A stretch of 64,000 nucleotides of DNA from assembly GCA_049967195.1 (NCBI GenBank), contig JBMFTE010000001.1, forward strand, positions 15,734-79,733. The letters are read 5' to 3'. Below the pieces are notes generated by a model. The model saw only the letters and a list, made by a program, of their open reading frames with translations, had not been told where the DNA came from and did not search any database. The DNA comes from Nitrososphaeria archaeon (lineage in GTDB: Archaea > Thermoproteota > Nitrososphaeria > Conexivisphaerales > UBA164). This document shows, piece after piece, positions 9,427 through 19,472 of the stretch. Each line of letters begins with the position of its first letter. Position 1 is the first letter of the stretch. A program made the translations under genes and the position numbers.

Positions 9427-10641
9427 CTACAGATTCAAATTTTTTAGTGTCTCATCTTCTTTTATTATTTTAATTACTATGTTTTTATCTAGGGCCAAGC
9501 TTATTTTTTTTGATCTGCCGTACCGACCTCTGTTAATTACTGGCGCGCTTATTAACCCAAGCATATCTAATTCGTTAATAATGGCACTGACTCGTCGTTG
9601 TGTAAGTGGCTGTATTCCTAAATCTTCGCACGTTTTTAAATATTTAATATATATATGGCCGGTATTTTCTGCTTCCTTTAAGGAGACTATCGTTAACATG
9701 ACCAGTTTTTCTTGTATAGGCAAAGACGAGATTGCTTCACTAACTTTATCCTGCTCCATATTTTTCGAAGCTTCTTGAACATGCCTTATTTCTATTTTCT
9801 TGGCATTTTCCCTTTCTGCTAATTCTGCAGCAACTCTTAGCAAATCTACTGCCCTTCTGGCATCCCCATGTTCTCCTCCCGAGCGAGCTGCTATTAAATT
9901 AATAACGTCGTCTGTTATAGCATTATCTATAAATGCGGTCTTGGCTCTTTCTTTAAGTATGTCCTTTAATTCATCTACACTATATGGTGGAAAAAAAACT
10001 TCCTCATCATGTAAGCTGCTGTAAACCCTAGATTCTAAATAATCCTTAAATTTTATATCATTGGATATGCCTATTATCGAGATAAAACTGTTCGAGTCTG
10101 CGTAACTTCCATATCTTGTTAATTCATATAACAGGTCGTTTCCTGCATCTTTTTTTAGTGGTGAGTTTACCAAAAAATCGATTTCGTCCAACACTAATAA
10201 AAGTTTTATTTCGTTCTCTTTCAAATATCCAAAAATCCTTTTTTGTACTTCACTAACAGAAAGCCCTGTAAATGGCACTTTTATGTTTAATGAATATGCA
10301 ACATCTGACAACACTCTGTATATTGTACCGCTTGTTCTAGAGTTTATGTAACTAATAATTGTTTTATTGTTTTTTTTCTTGTTTTCAAGTGCGTTCATAA
10401 CATACTTTGTAACCATTGTTTTTCCCGTGCCGGTTTTACCATAAATAAATAAATTTGAAGGCTTAGCCAGATTAAGCACCGGGGATAATACGGAAGCTAT
10501 TTTTTCAGTTTGAATATCACGATAAAGTATTTTATTTGGTATGTAATCAAGTTTTAATACGTCAGTATTCTTGATTAATTGGCTTCCTCTTGTTGCTTTG
10601 TCAAATACCTTATTTACTATGTCAGAACTATCCATACCCAT
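9427..10641 (-). CDS. cdc6: Orc1/Cdc6 replication initiator
   Basis: Walker A GKTGTGKT, Walker B LVLDEIDF, C-terminal winged helix. Abuts ORB-containing intergenic DNA. Confidence 0.9.
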   Translation of the reverse strand: MGMDSSDIVNKVFDKATRGSQLIKNTDVLKLDYIPNKILYRDIQTEKIASVLSPVLNLAKPSNLFIYGKTGTGKTMVTKYVMNALENKKKNNKTIISYINSRTSGTIYRVLSDVAYSLNIKVPFTGLSVSEVQKRIFGYLKENEIKLLLVLDEIDFLVNSPLKKDAGNDLLYELTRYGSYADSNSFISIIGISNDIKFKDYLESRVYSSLHDEEVFFPPYSVDELKDILKERAKTAFIDNAITDDVINLIAARSGGEHGDARRAVDLLRVAAELAERENAKKIEIRHVQEASKNMEQDKVSEAISSLPIQEKLVMLTIVSLKEAENTGHIYIKYLKTCEDLGIQPLTQRRVSAIINELDMLGLISAPVINRGRYGRSKKISLALDKNIVIKIIKEDETLKNLNL

Positions 10642-11080
10642 ACCCCAAGATTTCCACTGGAACTTATTTGTTATTAAACCTAATTATATAAAAAGAAAAT
10701 ATAAAATATAAAATATAAAATATAAAAGCAAAAGTCAAAAAAAATAGACTGGCTATTTTTATGGAAAAATATCTTCAATAGATGCAGTGGAAAAAAACGG
10801 GTGGGGAGGTACACCGCTTACTATATCAAGCCAGAATTTAGTTATAACTGGTTAGATACTCCCAGCTATCCAGAAGATGTTATTCTATATCAATATATGA
10901 ATATTTATGCTATTGCTAAATACTTACCTTTATTAAAAACATTTGATTGATAACATCAATAAACTGGATGATTAAACCCTGACAAAACAACCCCCATATT
11001 TCCACTGGAGCCCCTGCAGGGTAGATTAACAGTAAAATAGCCTAAACAACCCCCATATTTCCACTGGAGCCCCTGCAAAC
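10642..11080. other. Predicted replication origin (oriC) with ORB elements and an AT-rich unwinding element
   Basis: Three ORB cores (TTTCCACTGGA, reverse complement TCCAGTGGAAA) at 10651-10661, 10999-11009 and 11058-11068. A shorter core (CAGTGGAAA) lies in the opposite orientation at 10785-10793. Each has an adjacent G/C string. A 7-bp ATAAAAT tandem run at about 10695-10729 lies between the inverted boxes. Located between cdc6 and gins-mcm. Confidence 0.8.
10986..11077. repeat. Two perfect 33-bp direct repeats carrying ORB boxes (10986-11018 and 11045-11077)
   Basis: AACAACCCCCATATTTCCACTGGAGCCCCTGCA occurs twice, separated by 26 bp. Confidence 0.9.
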
Positions 11081-11212
11081 ACAATAAACTACCTCCTCCA
11101 TTGTTAATTTAAAGATAGCTTGTCAAATTAAGTAAGCGCACTGTTTGATAACAAGTTAACATTTTTTGCTGTTAATGGTTTTTATGCCATAAAAGTTAAC
11201 GTTCACCAAGAT

Positions 11213-11620
11213 TTGCAGCGCAAGGCCATTAAATTAGAATTTGAGGATAATGGTGGGGCTAAATACTTTTTTAAATTGGAGGGAAGCGTTTCAAGAGATA
11301 AAATAATAAGATTGCTTGATATGTACGAAATTATTTCTGAATCGGAAAGCAAACAAATACCACCGAAAGAAGACTCGATAATCAAAAGAATTGAAAAAAT
11401 AATAAACGACTTTTCGACAAAAAAATTCTCGTCAAAAACTATTTTAGAGGCATATGAAGACAAATTTAAAGAAGGCATTAAGCTTAGTATAATATCAACA
11501 TATTTGAGAAGACTTTCAGATAAGGGGCAGCTAGTAAGAGAAAAAAGGGGAAAGGAATGGATATACTATCATCCAGAGTTACTAAAGGTACTAAATAAAA
11601 GAATATCACATGAAGATTAA
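11213..11620 (+). CDS. Hypothetical winged-helix protein next to the origin
   Basis: C-terminal part SIISTYLRRLSDKGQLVREKRGKEWIYY is wHTH-like. The start is uncertain; internal Mets exist. Confidence 0.4.
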   Translation: MQRKAIKLEFEDNGGAKYFFKLEGSVSRDKIIRLLDMYEIISESESKQIPPKEDSIIKRIEKIINDFSTKKFSSKTILEAYEDKFKEGIKLSIISTYLRRLSDKGQLVREKRGKEWIYYHPELLKVLNKRISHED

Positions 11621-11681
11621 AAGTCAGCATGAAAGCTCAGGCATTAAAATTATAAAGTACTTAATTAAATGACATATAGTT

Positions 11682-12212
11682 ATGTTAAAAAACTATGATA
11701 AAATTAGTTCGCTGAAATTAGTTAGCAAAACCGAAGAACTTTACAAGATAAGAGTGCAAATAACAAGCAATATAAACGGCTTTATATTTAGAGAATTTGG
11801 AATAAATGAACCCAAACAAGGGGACATTATTGACGTAGAATCTTGGCTGGGCACATTGATGGTAAAAGCCGGATACGCCAAAATGATGACTGAAGAGTTT
11901 GAAAACGAGGTACTTAATTCATTAAATAGAGAAAAACTGATAGGTCAATATCAATTAGGCAATATCAAGCCCGATTTCTATATAAAGCTCAAAACGCTTT
12001 TCTCATATAAAGAAAAAACAGAAGTTGATAAAATACGAATGTATGCAATGGATCTAGTCACTTTAAGGATGAATAAAATAGTTCAACTAGCTCTGCAGGG
12101 GGCGCAATACGAAAAACTCTCTAATGCCTTAACGCCCGAAGAATCGATATTCTTTCAAGAAATAAGAGAAAGCATAGAATATTGGAAATTAAGGATAATG
12201 GGTGAAGTTTAA
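11682..12212 (+). CDS. GINS subunit (Gins23-like)
   Basis: 176-aa helical protein whose stop overlaps the mcm ATG (TAATG). A gins23-mcm operon is known in Sulfolobus-type archaea. Has an LTPEE motif. Confidence 0.55.
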   Translation: MLKNYDKISSLKLVSKTEELYKIRVQITSNINGFIFREFGINEPKQGDIIDVESWLGTLMVKAGYAKMMTEEFENEVLNSLNREKLIGQYQLGNIKPDFYIKLKTLFSYKEKTEVDKIRMYAMDLVTLRMNKIVQLALQGAQYEKLSNALTPEESIFFQEIRESIEYWKLRIMGEV

Positions 12213-14254
12213 TGGTATATTCAGAATCAAAACTATATGACCAATTCGAGTTTTTCTTAAAGAGTTACAGGTCCCAGGATGGTCGGCTAGCATATAGAGA
12301 ACAAATTTCAAGACTTGCTTCAGAACAGAAACGTTCGATCGTAATAAACTATCAGGACATAATTAGATTTGATCCAGAACTTGCTGTTTCCTTGGCAGAA
12401 TCTCCTGGTCCGGCCATAGAAGAGTGCGCAAGAGCCGCAATTGAGACCATGAAAATAGAAAATTTTGACTATGCTCAGTCAATTGAGAGGGAATTTAAAG
12501 TAAGGGTACGAGGACTTCCAGAAAGGCTGAACCTACGTAACATAACTTCAAAGTACATTGATAAATTGATATCAATAGGCGGAATGGTTGTAAGAACGTC
12601 AGAAATAATGCCACTACTGAAGGTAGCAGCCTTTGTGTGTCCAAGCGGGCACGTAACTCACATTATTCAAAAAGGCACTTTATTAAAATTACCCTCTAAG
12701 TGTTCCCAGTGCAACGAAACAAGGAATTTTGAGTTAGATAGAACTAAAAGTATTTTCACCGACTTTCAGATTTTAAGAATTCAGGAACTTCCAGAAGAGT
12801 TGCCTCCGGGCCAGCTGCCGCAATATATTGACATTGAAATTGACGGTGATGCAGTAAACGTTGCTAGACCGGGCGATAGAATCATAGTAACTGGCATCAT
12901 AAGGGCAGAGGGAGAAAAGAATAAAAAAATGATACAATCAAGCCTTTTTAAGATAAAACTAGAAGGGCTTTATATCGAAGAACTGAGCCGGTCTAACGAA
13001 AGAATAGAAATAACGCCTGAGGACGAAGAAAAGATCAAGGAGCTCGCTAAAAGCCCAGATATATATGGTAACTTGATATTTTCGTTAGCCCCCGGAATAT
13101 ATGGGCATAATGAAATAAAGGAGGCGTTGTTATTAATGTCGGTTGGTTCTCCGCAGGTCTTTCTTCCTGATGGTCAGGCTTTAAGGGGAGATATTAATGT
13201 CTTACTTGTAGGTGACCCAGGGACAGCCAAGTCTGAGCTTTTAAAATATGTGTCTCGGCTGGCGCCGCGAGCACTATATACAAGCGGAAGAGGATCTACG
13301 GCCGCAGGCCTTACCGCCGCAGTTGTCAAGGAAGCAAACGGGATGATGATGCTAGAAGCCGGGGCGGTTGTGCTTGCGGATCAGGGAATAGCATGCATAG
13401 ATGAATTTGATAAGATGAAACCAGAAGACAGGAGCGTTTTGCATGAAGTTATGGAACAGCAAACAGTTAGCGTGGCTAAGGGTGGCATAGTAGCCACACT
13501 TAATGCAAGAACTTCCATAGTGGCGGCAGCCAATCCCCTGTTAGGAAAATATGATACTTACAAAAATCTATATGAGAACATTAATTTGCCTGTACCACTT
13601 TTAAACAGATTTGATCTGATATTTATTATAAGGGATTTACCAAATAGGGAAGCAGACGAAAAGTTAGCTGAGCATATACTGGAAATACGCAAAAAAAACG
13701 ATTATGCGTATTATCCTCCTATAGAATTTAATTTATTGAGAAAATACCTTGAATATGTAAAACGAACAACCCCCAAACTTTCAGAGGAAGCATCAGAAAA
13801 AATCAAGGCATTTTATTTAGAAATGAGGGGGTCTAGCCAAGAGGGAACAATAGCAATCACGGCGAGGCAACTAGAAACGCTTATAAGGTTGACGCTTGCC
13901 CGCGCAAGACTGTTACTGAAGGAAAACGCTGATGCAGAGGACGCAACTAGGGCCCTAGAACTTGTTAAATCTATGCTTGAAACCGTGGGAGTTGACGTAA
14001 GAACCAAAAAGTTTGATCTGGGTGGAATATTACAAGGAAAGCCGGCCAGCGAAAGATCTCAATTACAAATCGCGCTGGAAACCTTTGCAAAACTTTGCGG
14101 CCCAAAAAATGAGCCGGTAGAAGAGAAAACCATAATCGACGAATTGATCAAAACAGGTAAGTTTACTAATGAAGATGCGGTAAGAATTATAACAATAATG
14201 CTGCGGAATGGCCAAATATACGAAAAGGCGTGGGGGAAATATAGCCTTGTTTAA
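12212..14254 (+). CDS. mcm: MCM replicative helicase
   Basis: Walker A GDPGTAKS, Walker B CIDEFDKM, arginine-finger NRFDLIF, C-terminal wH. 680 aa. Confidence 0.95.
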   Translation: MVYSESKLYDQFEFFLKSYRSQDGRLAYREQISRLASEQKRSIVINYQDIIRFDPELAVSLAESPGPAIEECARAAIETMKIENFDYAQSIEREFKVRVRGLPERLNLRNITSKYIDKLISIGGMVVRTSEIMPLLKVAAFVCPSGHVTHIIQKGTLLKLPSKCSQCNETRNFELDRTKSIFTDFQILRIQELPEELPPGQLPQYIDIEIDGDAVNVARPGDRIIVTGIIRAEGEKNKKMIQSSLFKIKLEGLYIEELSRSNERIEITPEDEEKIKELAKSPDIYGNLIFSLAPGIYGHNEIKEALLLMSVGSPQVFLPDGQALRGDINVLLVGDPGTAKSELLKYVSRLAPRALYTSGRGSTAAGLTAAVVKEANGMMMLEAGAVVLADQGIACIDEFDKMKPEDRSVLHEVMEQQTVSVAKGGIVATLNARTSIVAAANPLLGKYDTYKNLYENINLPVPLLNRFDLIFIIRDLPNREADEKLAEHILEIRKKNDYAYYPPIEFNLLRKYLEYVKRTTPKLSEEASEKIKAFYLEMRGSSQEGTIAITARQLETLIRLTLARARLLLKENADAEDATRALELVKSMLETVGVDVRTKKFDLGGILQGKPASERSQLQIALETFAKLCGPKNEPVEEKTIIDELIKTGKFTNEDAVRIITIMLRNGQIYEKAWGKYSLV

Positions 14255-14335
14255 AATAGTTTCACATTTTCTGAATTAAAGACATAAAACACCATTAAAA
14301 TTTAATAATAGATAAAAAGAATATAATGAACATAA

Positions 14336-15151
14336 ATGAATTTCACCGAATTAATAACAAAGCTTAGCAATGACATTATGCCTAATTTTGATAATGAAAT
14401 TGATAGCAGGCTGTTTCAATTTCATGATGATGTTTTATATGAGAAGATGAAATATGGCCTTCTAAACGGCAAAAGAATAAGACCGTTGTTGGCGATTCTA
14501 GTGAACAAGGGCTTAGGTACGGACAAAGACCCCATAGATGCTGCAATAGCGATTGAACTGATGCACTCATTATCGCTAATTCATGATGATGTAATTGATA
14601 GAGAAATCTTAAGAAGAGGAAGCAATCCCTTTTATATAAAATATGGTTTTGAGAATACGCTTTTAGTAGCAGATTATATATTTGGAATTATTATAAAAAT
14701 TGTAAATGAATATAACAAACCAGAAATTTTCACTGCGCTTTCACAAGCAAGTGTTGAAATGAGTCGCGGGGAAGCAAGGGAATTATATTTAACAAGCAAA
14801 CCCAGAAAAATACAGTTAGAAGAATACCTGCAAATCATAAACGAAAAAACAGCGTCTTTATTCGCGGCTTCTGCCAAAATAGGTGCGCTGTTATCAAAAA
14901 AAACCGAACTTAGTTATGCTATGGAAGATCTGGGAAAAAACTTTGGAGTAATTTACCAAATAAAAGACGATTTAAAGGACATTGAAAATGGAAGGACGGA
15001 AATTATCACGTTTTTAGATGTAGATTTAAGCAGCCTTAAGCACTTAGTTAATTCGTTTGAAAAGGCAGCTGAAAACGAAATAAAATTAATTAAGGATAAA
15101 AGCGCACAAACACTCTTGACAGAAATACTCACCACCCTCAGAGATTATTAA
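14336..15151 (+). CDS. Short-chain trans-polyprenyl diphosphate synthase (GGPP/FPP synthase type)
   Basis: First Asp-rich motif LIHDDVIDRE and second IKDDLKD. Confidence 0.75.
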   Translation: MNFTELITKLSNDIMPNFDNEIDSRLFQFHDDVLYEKMKYGLLNGKRIRPLLAILVNKGLGTDKDPIDAAIAIELMHSLSLIHDDVIDREILRRGSNPFYIKYGFENTLLVADYIFGIIIKIVNEYNKPEIFTALSQASVEMSRGEARELYLTSKPRKIQLEEYLQIINEKTASLFAASAKIGALLSKKTELSYAMEDLGKNFGVIYQIKDDLKDIENGRTEIITFLDVDLSSLKHLVNSFEKAAENEIKLIKDKSAQTLLTEILTTLRDY

Positions 15152-15152
15152 A

Positions 15153-15572
15153 ATGGATATATTTGAAATTGAGTTCTTTGGGCACAAAAATGTCAGGGCG
15201 CTTCACAAAACTACTTTGGAAATTACCAAGGAAGAGAATCTGACGCCGAAGGGAGATTGCATAATTGGTGTTGGCGCAAGCGCTGCGGTATCAGATTTTC
15301 CCGCATGGCTAAAAAGCGATATAAAGGATGGAAAAAAACTCAGGTTCACCATAATAGTAAACAAATCAGAGTTTTCTTTCGAGGGCTATGGAAGCCGCTT
15401 TTTGAGTCTCAGTGATCCTCTAGAGCTTGTGATAAGAAAAAGCGAATATATTTCTACGAGAACGGCGGCCATAAAAAGCACCGTATCTGCTGTTGATATA
15501 CCAAGAGAACTAATAAAAAAACTAAAGGAAGATAACGTTGCAGGCAAAATGGAAATAAGGACTGCCCCGTAA
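15153..15572 (+). CDS. DUF371-family protein
   Basis: GHKNVRALHKTTLEITKEENLTPKGDCIIGV matches the conserved DUF371 N-terminal pattern. Confidence 0.6.
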   Translation: MDIFEIEFFGHKNVRALHKTTLEITKEENLTPKGDCIIGVGASAAVSDFPAWLKSDIKDGKKLRFTIIVNKSEFSFEGYGSRFLSLSDPLELVIRKSEYISTRTAAIKSTVSAVDIPRELIKKLKEDNVAGKMEIRTAP

Positions 15573-15610
15573 ATTTTAGATGTCAACGCGCACGGGCTCA
15601 CAATGGAACA

Positions 15611-17458
15611 CTACAGTTCCTTTAGAATAGGAATTCCCAGTATTTGCAACAAATCACTCATTATGTAAATGTACGCCAATACCAAGCAAGCTCTGGCATT
15701 CTTTACCGTTTCATTCTTTTCGTCTATAACTCTGTGCCTTTCATAAAAGACATTAAACTGTACAGCAAGCTCATGAGCATAGTTGACGATTGTAGATAAT
15801 GAAACGGCTTCGTAGGATCTGTTAAGTTCATAATCAAACTTAGTTAAATTTAGCAATAAACTCCTTTCCTCTTCAGATTTTAAAAGCTCAACGTTGCAAG
15901 GGGCATTGACTGAGCCTAATTTTTCTATAATTTTCATGGCCCTTGCTAAGGAATACTGCAAATATGGACCAGTATCGCCCTCGAGCTTTAACGCATCATC
16001 AATATCAAAAATTATTTGCTTATCCAAATCTATCCTTAAAAGGGAATACCTTATGGCAGAAATTGCTATTCCTTCAGCCACGCGCTCTTTATTTTCTGGC
16101 AGCATATCCCTTTTATTTATTATTTCCATGGCCGCCTCCTTTACCATAAGATAAAGATCGTCTAAATTAAAGAACATCCCACTCCTTCCCGACATATGAA
16201 CAAACTTTCCGCTTCCAATATTTGCGTCGATTTTTTCGGCTGTATTTTTTGATAGCGCAACAAGCCCATATGAAATAATTTTATATTTTTTATCCGGGGC
16301 AATGGCTTCAATAACATCTTTTATCATCTGTTGAATGGGTTCCTGCCTCTGATCTATTACTATATAACTCACATTTACCGGCTCATAAAATTTAATATTG
16401 CTTTTATTTAAAGCAGTAGTAATTAGTGAAGTGCCATCAAGTTGGTTTGCAAAAACATCATATCCAAATTTATCATTAACAATTCCGAGTTTCCATGCGG
16501 CATAAATTAAATCTTTGGCAGTATAGACCGTGGTGCCATCACTCCTTACTAGAATCTTTTTCCCATTTAACACCCAACACCCGGCATTTTTACCCTCGGA
16601 GACATATTGAACTACGCCTTTTGACTTCAGTATGCTAAATACCTCATTCCAATATCCGGCATGCAAAAAATGGCTTTCCCAATTTAGAAGATCATATCTT
16701 GCTCCTAATGCCCAGGCGCTTTTCAGCTGTTCGCTGACAATTCGTGACACAATACTATTAGCAAAGGCGTAAGTTTCGCCTCCAACCTCAAGCTCTTTAA
16801 GGATATTTGACCTGATTTCCTTTAGGCGCAAATCGCTTTCTATGACCTTATTAACTTTTACGTAGACTACATCGCCACAGTAATGGTCAAACTTTTGACC
16901 GTCTCCATCAACACTGAATCCCATCTCTTTAAACCCAATCAATAGATCGGCCACCTGTACACCTGTATCATCTATATAATTTAGCACAACAACGTGGTGC
17001 CCCAGCCGCTTAAGCAGCCTATAAAAAGTGTCGCCAATTACGACGTTTCTTGCGTGCCCAACATGCAGAGCCTTATTTGGGTTCACACTGGTATGTTCTA
17101 TTGCAATTTTTTGTGACACAGCGCCTATATGGCCAAACCCCCTCTGAGAAACAACTTCATTTATGAATTTATTAAAAAATTCATCATTAAGCCAAAAATT
17201 TACAAATCCGCTTGGGTGGGGTACAACCTTTAATAGTTCCTTAGATGAAGGTTTAAACTTCATTAAAAAGAGGGTTATTGCTTCGGATGGTGGCACCTTT
17301 TTTTCTTTTGAAATTACAAATGCTGCATTAGTCGTTATGTCGCCAAAGCCCGGCACAGTTGTTTCAGAAACGGAAAAATTAATTTCTAGCCCTATGTCTT
17401 TTAGAGCGCTTTCTGAAGCCCGTTTTATATCATTTATCTCAGATAGATAACTTATCAT
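15611..17458 (-). CDS. argS: Arginyl-tRNA synthetase
   Basis: HIGH-type HVGHARN and KMSKS-like MSGRSG. C-terminal anticodon-binding DALR-type domain. 615 aa. Confidence 0.9.
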   Translation of the reverse strand: MISYLSEINDIKRASESALKDIGLEINFSVSETTVPGFGDITTNAAFVISKEKKVPPSEAITLFLMKFKPSSKELLKVVPHPSGFVNFWLNDEFFNKFINEVVSQRGFGHIGAVSQKIAIEHTSVNPNKALHVGHARNVVIGDTFYRLLKRLGHHVVVLNYIDDTGVQVADLLIGFKEMGFSVDGDGQKFDHYCGDVVYVKVNKVIESDLRLKEIRSNILKELEVGGETYAFANSIVSRIVSEQLKSAWALGARYDLLNWESHFLHAGYWNEVFSILKSKGVVQYVSEGKNAGCWVLNGKKILVRSDGTTVYTAKDLIYAAWKLGIVNDKFGYDVFANQLDGTSLITTALNKSNIKFYEPVNVSYIVIDQRQEPIQQMIKDVIEAIAPDKKYKIISYGLVALSKNTAEKIDANIGSGKFVHMSGRSGMFFNLDDLYLMVKEAAMEIINKRDMLPENKERVAEGIAISAIRYSLLRIDLDKQIIFDIDDALKLEGDTGPYLQYSLARAMKIIEKLGSVNAPCNVELLKSEEERSLLLNLTKFDYELNRSYEAVSLSTIVNYAHELAVQFNVFYERHRVIDEKNETVKNARACLVLAYIYIMSDLLQILGIPILKEL

Positions 17459-18158
17459 TTTTTATTAACCAATCTACAGCATATAGCACGCCCTGAGGCC
17501 CGGGCTCTGGCGATATAATCACACGGTCATTTAAACCCCCCTCTTCCAATAGTGGTGTATCTTTAGAGACCCAGAACGAAATGCCTGATGACTCTAACAT
17601 TGGTATATCAACGGCACTATCGCCTATGCTCACAACATCATCGCATTTAATGTCAAGCATCTTACAAAGATTTTTCAGGGCATATCCCTTATTTATATGT
17701 GCCGACGAAAGATGAAAGGCATAGCCACTATCTACTATTTTTGCATTAACGCCATATTTACGCAATATTTTGTTTGCTTCGTCAAGATCTATATTTCTTT
17801 CTAGTATAATTTCAGTTAACCTAGGCATCCTTTGATTTATAATTACTCCATCAATTTCTTTTGATAAAACATTATATGCTTGATAGGCATCGCTGATCTC
17901 CCCAAGCACGGCTATCCGCGTAGGCTCATTATAGAATATGACGCCGCCATTTTCGGATATCCCAAATCGGCTAAACCCCAAAAAATGAGAAAGCGTATAG
18001 TTTTCCCAAACGCTCCTTCCTGTGTTCAAAAATACGGGAATGCCCAAAGACATTATTTTTCTCAGTAAATCGATTGCTTTAGTGTTTATTAGGCCATCTT
18101 TGTCAGTTATCGTGCCATCCACATCTATTGAAATAAGCCTAACCTTCAATTCTTGCAC
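17439..18158 (-). CDS. HAD-superfamily phosphatase (phosphoglycolate/sugar-phosphate phosphatase type)
   Basis: Motif I ISIDVDGTIT and motif IV GDSAVDIPM. Confidence 0.75.
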   Translation of the reverse strand: MQELKVRLISIDVDGTITDKDGLINTKAIDLLRKIMSLGIPVFLNTGRSVWENYTLSHFLGFSRFGISENGGVIFYNEPTRIAVLGEISDAYQAYNVLSKEIDGVIINQRMPRLTEIILERNIDLDEANKILRKYGVNAKIVDSGYAFHLSSAHINKGYALKNLCKMLDIKCDDVVSIGDSAVDIPMLESSGISFWVSKDTPLLEEGGLNDRVIISPEPGPQGVLYAVDWLIKNDKLSI

Positions 18159-18304
18159 TAGGGAACATTTTTATCAAATATAAACATAGCACAATTTATC
18201 ATAAATAAACTCACTACATCACAAAAATATATTGGCAAAGATATAACGTTGGCAAGCCGGGTTGGCCAACAATGTTGGTAAATATATAAAATGGCACCTT
18301 TGTC

Positions 18305-18447
18305 CTTTGTTGCATTATTTTGATCTAATTGCATAATGTCAAATTATGACAGGTTGGCCAGAGGATAACAAGCCGGTTAATGAGGTAGTTGATGTATTTG
18401 TCAGCACAGACCTGCTGGTTGGTCAGGAGAAGCAACTAAAGTACACT
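18305..18447 (+). mobile_element. Solo terminal fragment (about 140 bp) of the IS5-family element found at 27404-28347
   Basis: TCCTTTGTTGCATTATTTTGATCTAATTGCATAATGTCAAATTATGACAGGTTGGCCAGAGGATAAC... matches the reverse complement of 28347 downward. It covers the first ~30 transposase codons (MTGWPEDNKPVNEVVDVFVSTDLLV), then diverges and ends. Confidence 0.85.
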
Positions 18448-18487
18448 TTCGGAAAAGTATATAAACGCCCATTTTAAAAAACTGTAA

Positions 18488-18600
18488 GCCGGCCATAGGA
18501 GTAGGGCTCTACCCGGTCCCATCTGAACCCGGAAGTAAAACCTGCTACCGCCGCTGTGTTAGTGAGATGCGCAAGCTCTCGTGAAGCAGCGGTGCCGGCG
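18488..18600 (+). rRNA. 5S rRNA (unlinked to the 16S-23S operon)
   Basis: GCCGGCC...CCCATCTGAACCCGGAAGTAAAACC...GGTGCCGGC. It has the conserved loop-B/helix-III motif and terminal helix GCCGGC/GCCGGC. It is a GC-rich island in an AT-rich intergenic region. Ends are +/- 5 nt. Confidence 0.85.
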
Positions 18601-18646
18601 CCTCATTCTTTTTGTTAAGGAATTAAAATATAGTGTTATTAAGTGC

Positions 18647-19411
18647 TTAATTGTGAGTACCCTTTATTAATGAGTCAACAATTCTTCCCTTGACCGACAT
18701 CTTATCCATGTTATGCAAAACCTTTAACGTAATTCCGCCGGGTGTAGTTATCTTTTCGATCAGCTCTTCATAGGTAACTTTTTTATATTTAAGATAATCA
18801 GAGGTAGATAAAGCCACCATGTTCACTATTTCTCTAGAGCTGTCCCCCTCTAACCCAATTATTTTGCAATATTGAACGAGTGAATCAAGAAAATAGGATA
18901 TTAGTGCAGGACCACTACCTACAATGGTTGTAAGATCATTAAGCAACAATTCGCTTACTGGGTAAATTTTTCCCAGCGATACCAGAATTTCTTGGGTCAT
19001 GGGATCCAGCGGTTCATCACCAGTCACCAAAACCGGCGCAGAGTTAAACTCACATCCAAGGTTTGTCATAATGCGATAAACCCTTACATTTGATGGAATT
19101 AGATTTTTTTTGATAAAATCAACAGAAACACCAGCAGCAGCAGATATAACGGTTTTTACAGCAAACTCTGTGGATAACTTATGTAATGCCGGTTTAACTT
19201 GTGGTGGTTTAACCGCAATAAAAAGAACATCCGAGTTTCGATAAAGTTCCTCTTCAGATTCTACTATTTTGACGCGGCCTGCATTAATCTTTGAAACTAC
19301 ATCGCCATTCTTATCGTATGCAAAGAGCTTTATTTTGTTTGCATCAGATTGAGCAAGGCCATTTATAATCGAGCTCCCAAGATTCCCTATACCTAATACA
19401 CCAACCTTCAA
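18647..19411 (-). CDS. proC: Pyrroline-5-carboxylate reductase
   Basis: N-terminal Rossmann VGVLGIGNLGSS, GSGPA and TTPGGIT motifs. Confidence 0.8.
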   Translation of the reverse strand: MKVGVLGIGNLGSSIINGLAQSDANKIKLFAYDKNGDVVSKINAGRVKIVESEEELYRNSDVLFIAVKPPQVKPALHKLSTEFAVKTVISAAAGVSVDFIKKNLIPSNVRVYRIMTNLGCEFNSAPVLVTGDEPLDPMTQEILVSLGKIYPVSELLLNDLTTIVGSGPALISYFLDSLVQYCKIIGLEGDSSREIVNMVALSTSDYLKYKKVTYEELIEKITTPGGITLKVLHNMDKMSVKGRIVDSLIKGTHN

Positions 19412-19472
19412 TTTAATCCTTCTAAAATAGGGTCAGATTTAAATTTAGCCATTTCAAATAAAAAAACGGCAC

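Noticed and set aside
10986-11077. Two identical 33-bp repeats with a 26-bp spacer, considered as a minimal CRISPR array.
   Set aside because: There are only two copies. Each contains the ORB core TTTCCACTGGA, and they lie next to cdc6. They are origin recognition boxes, not CRISPR repeats.
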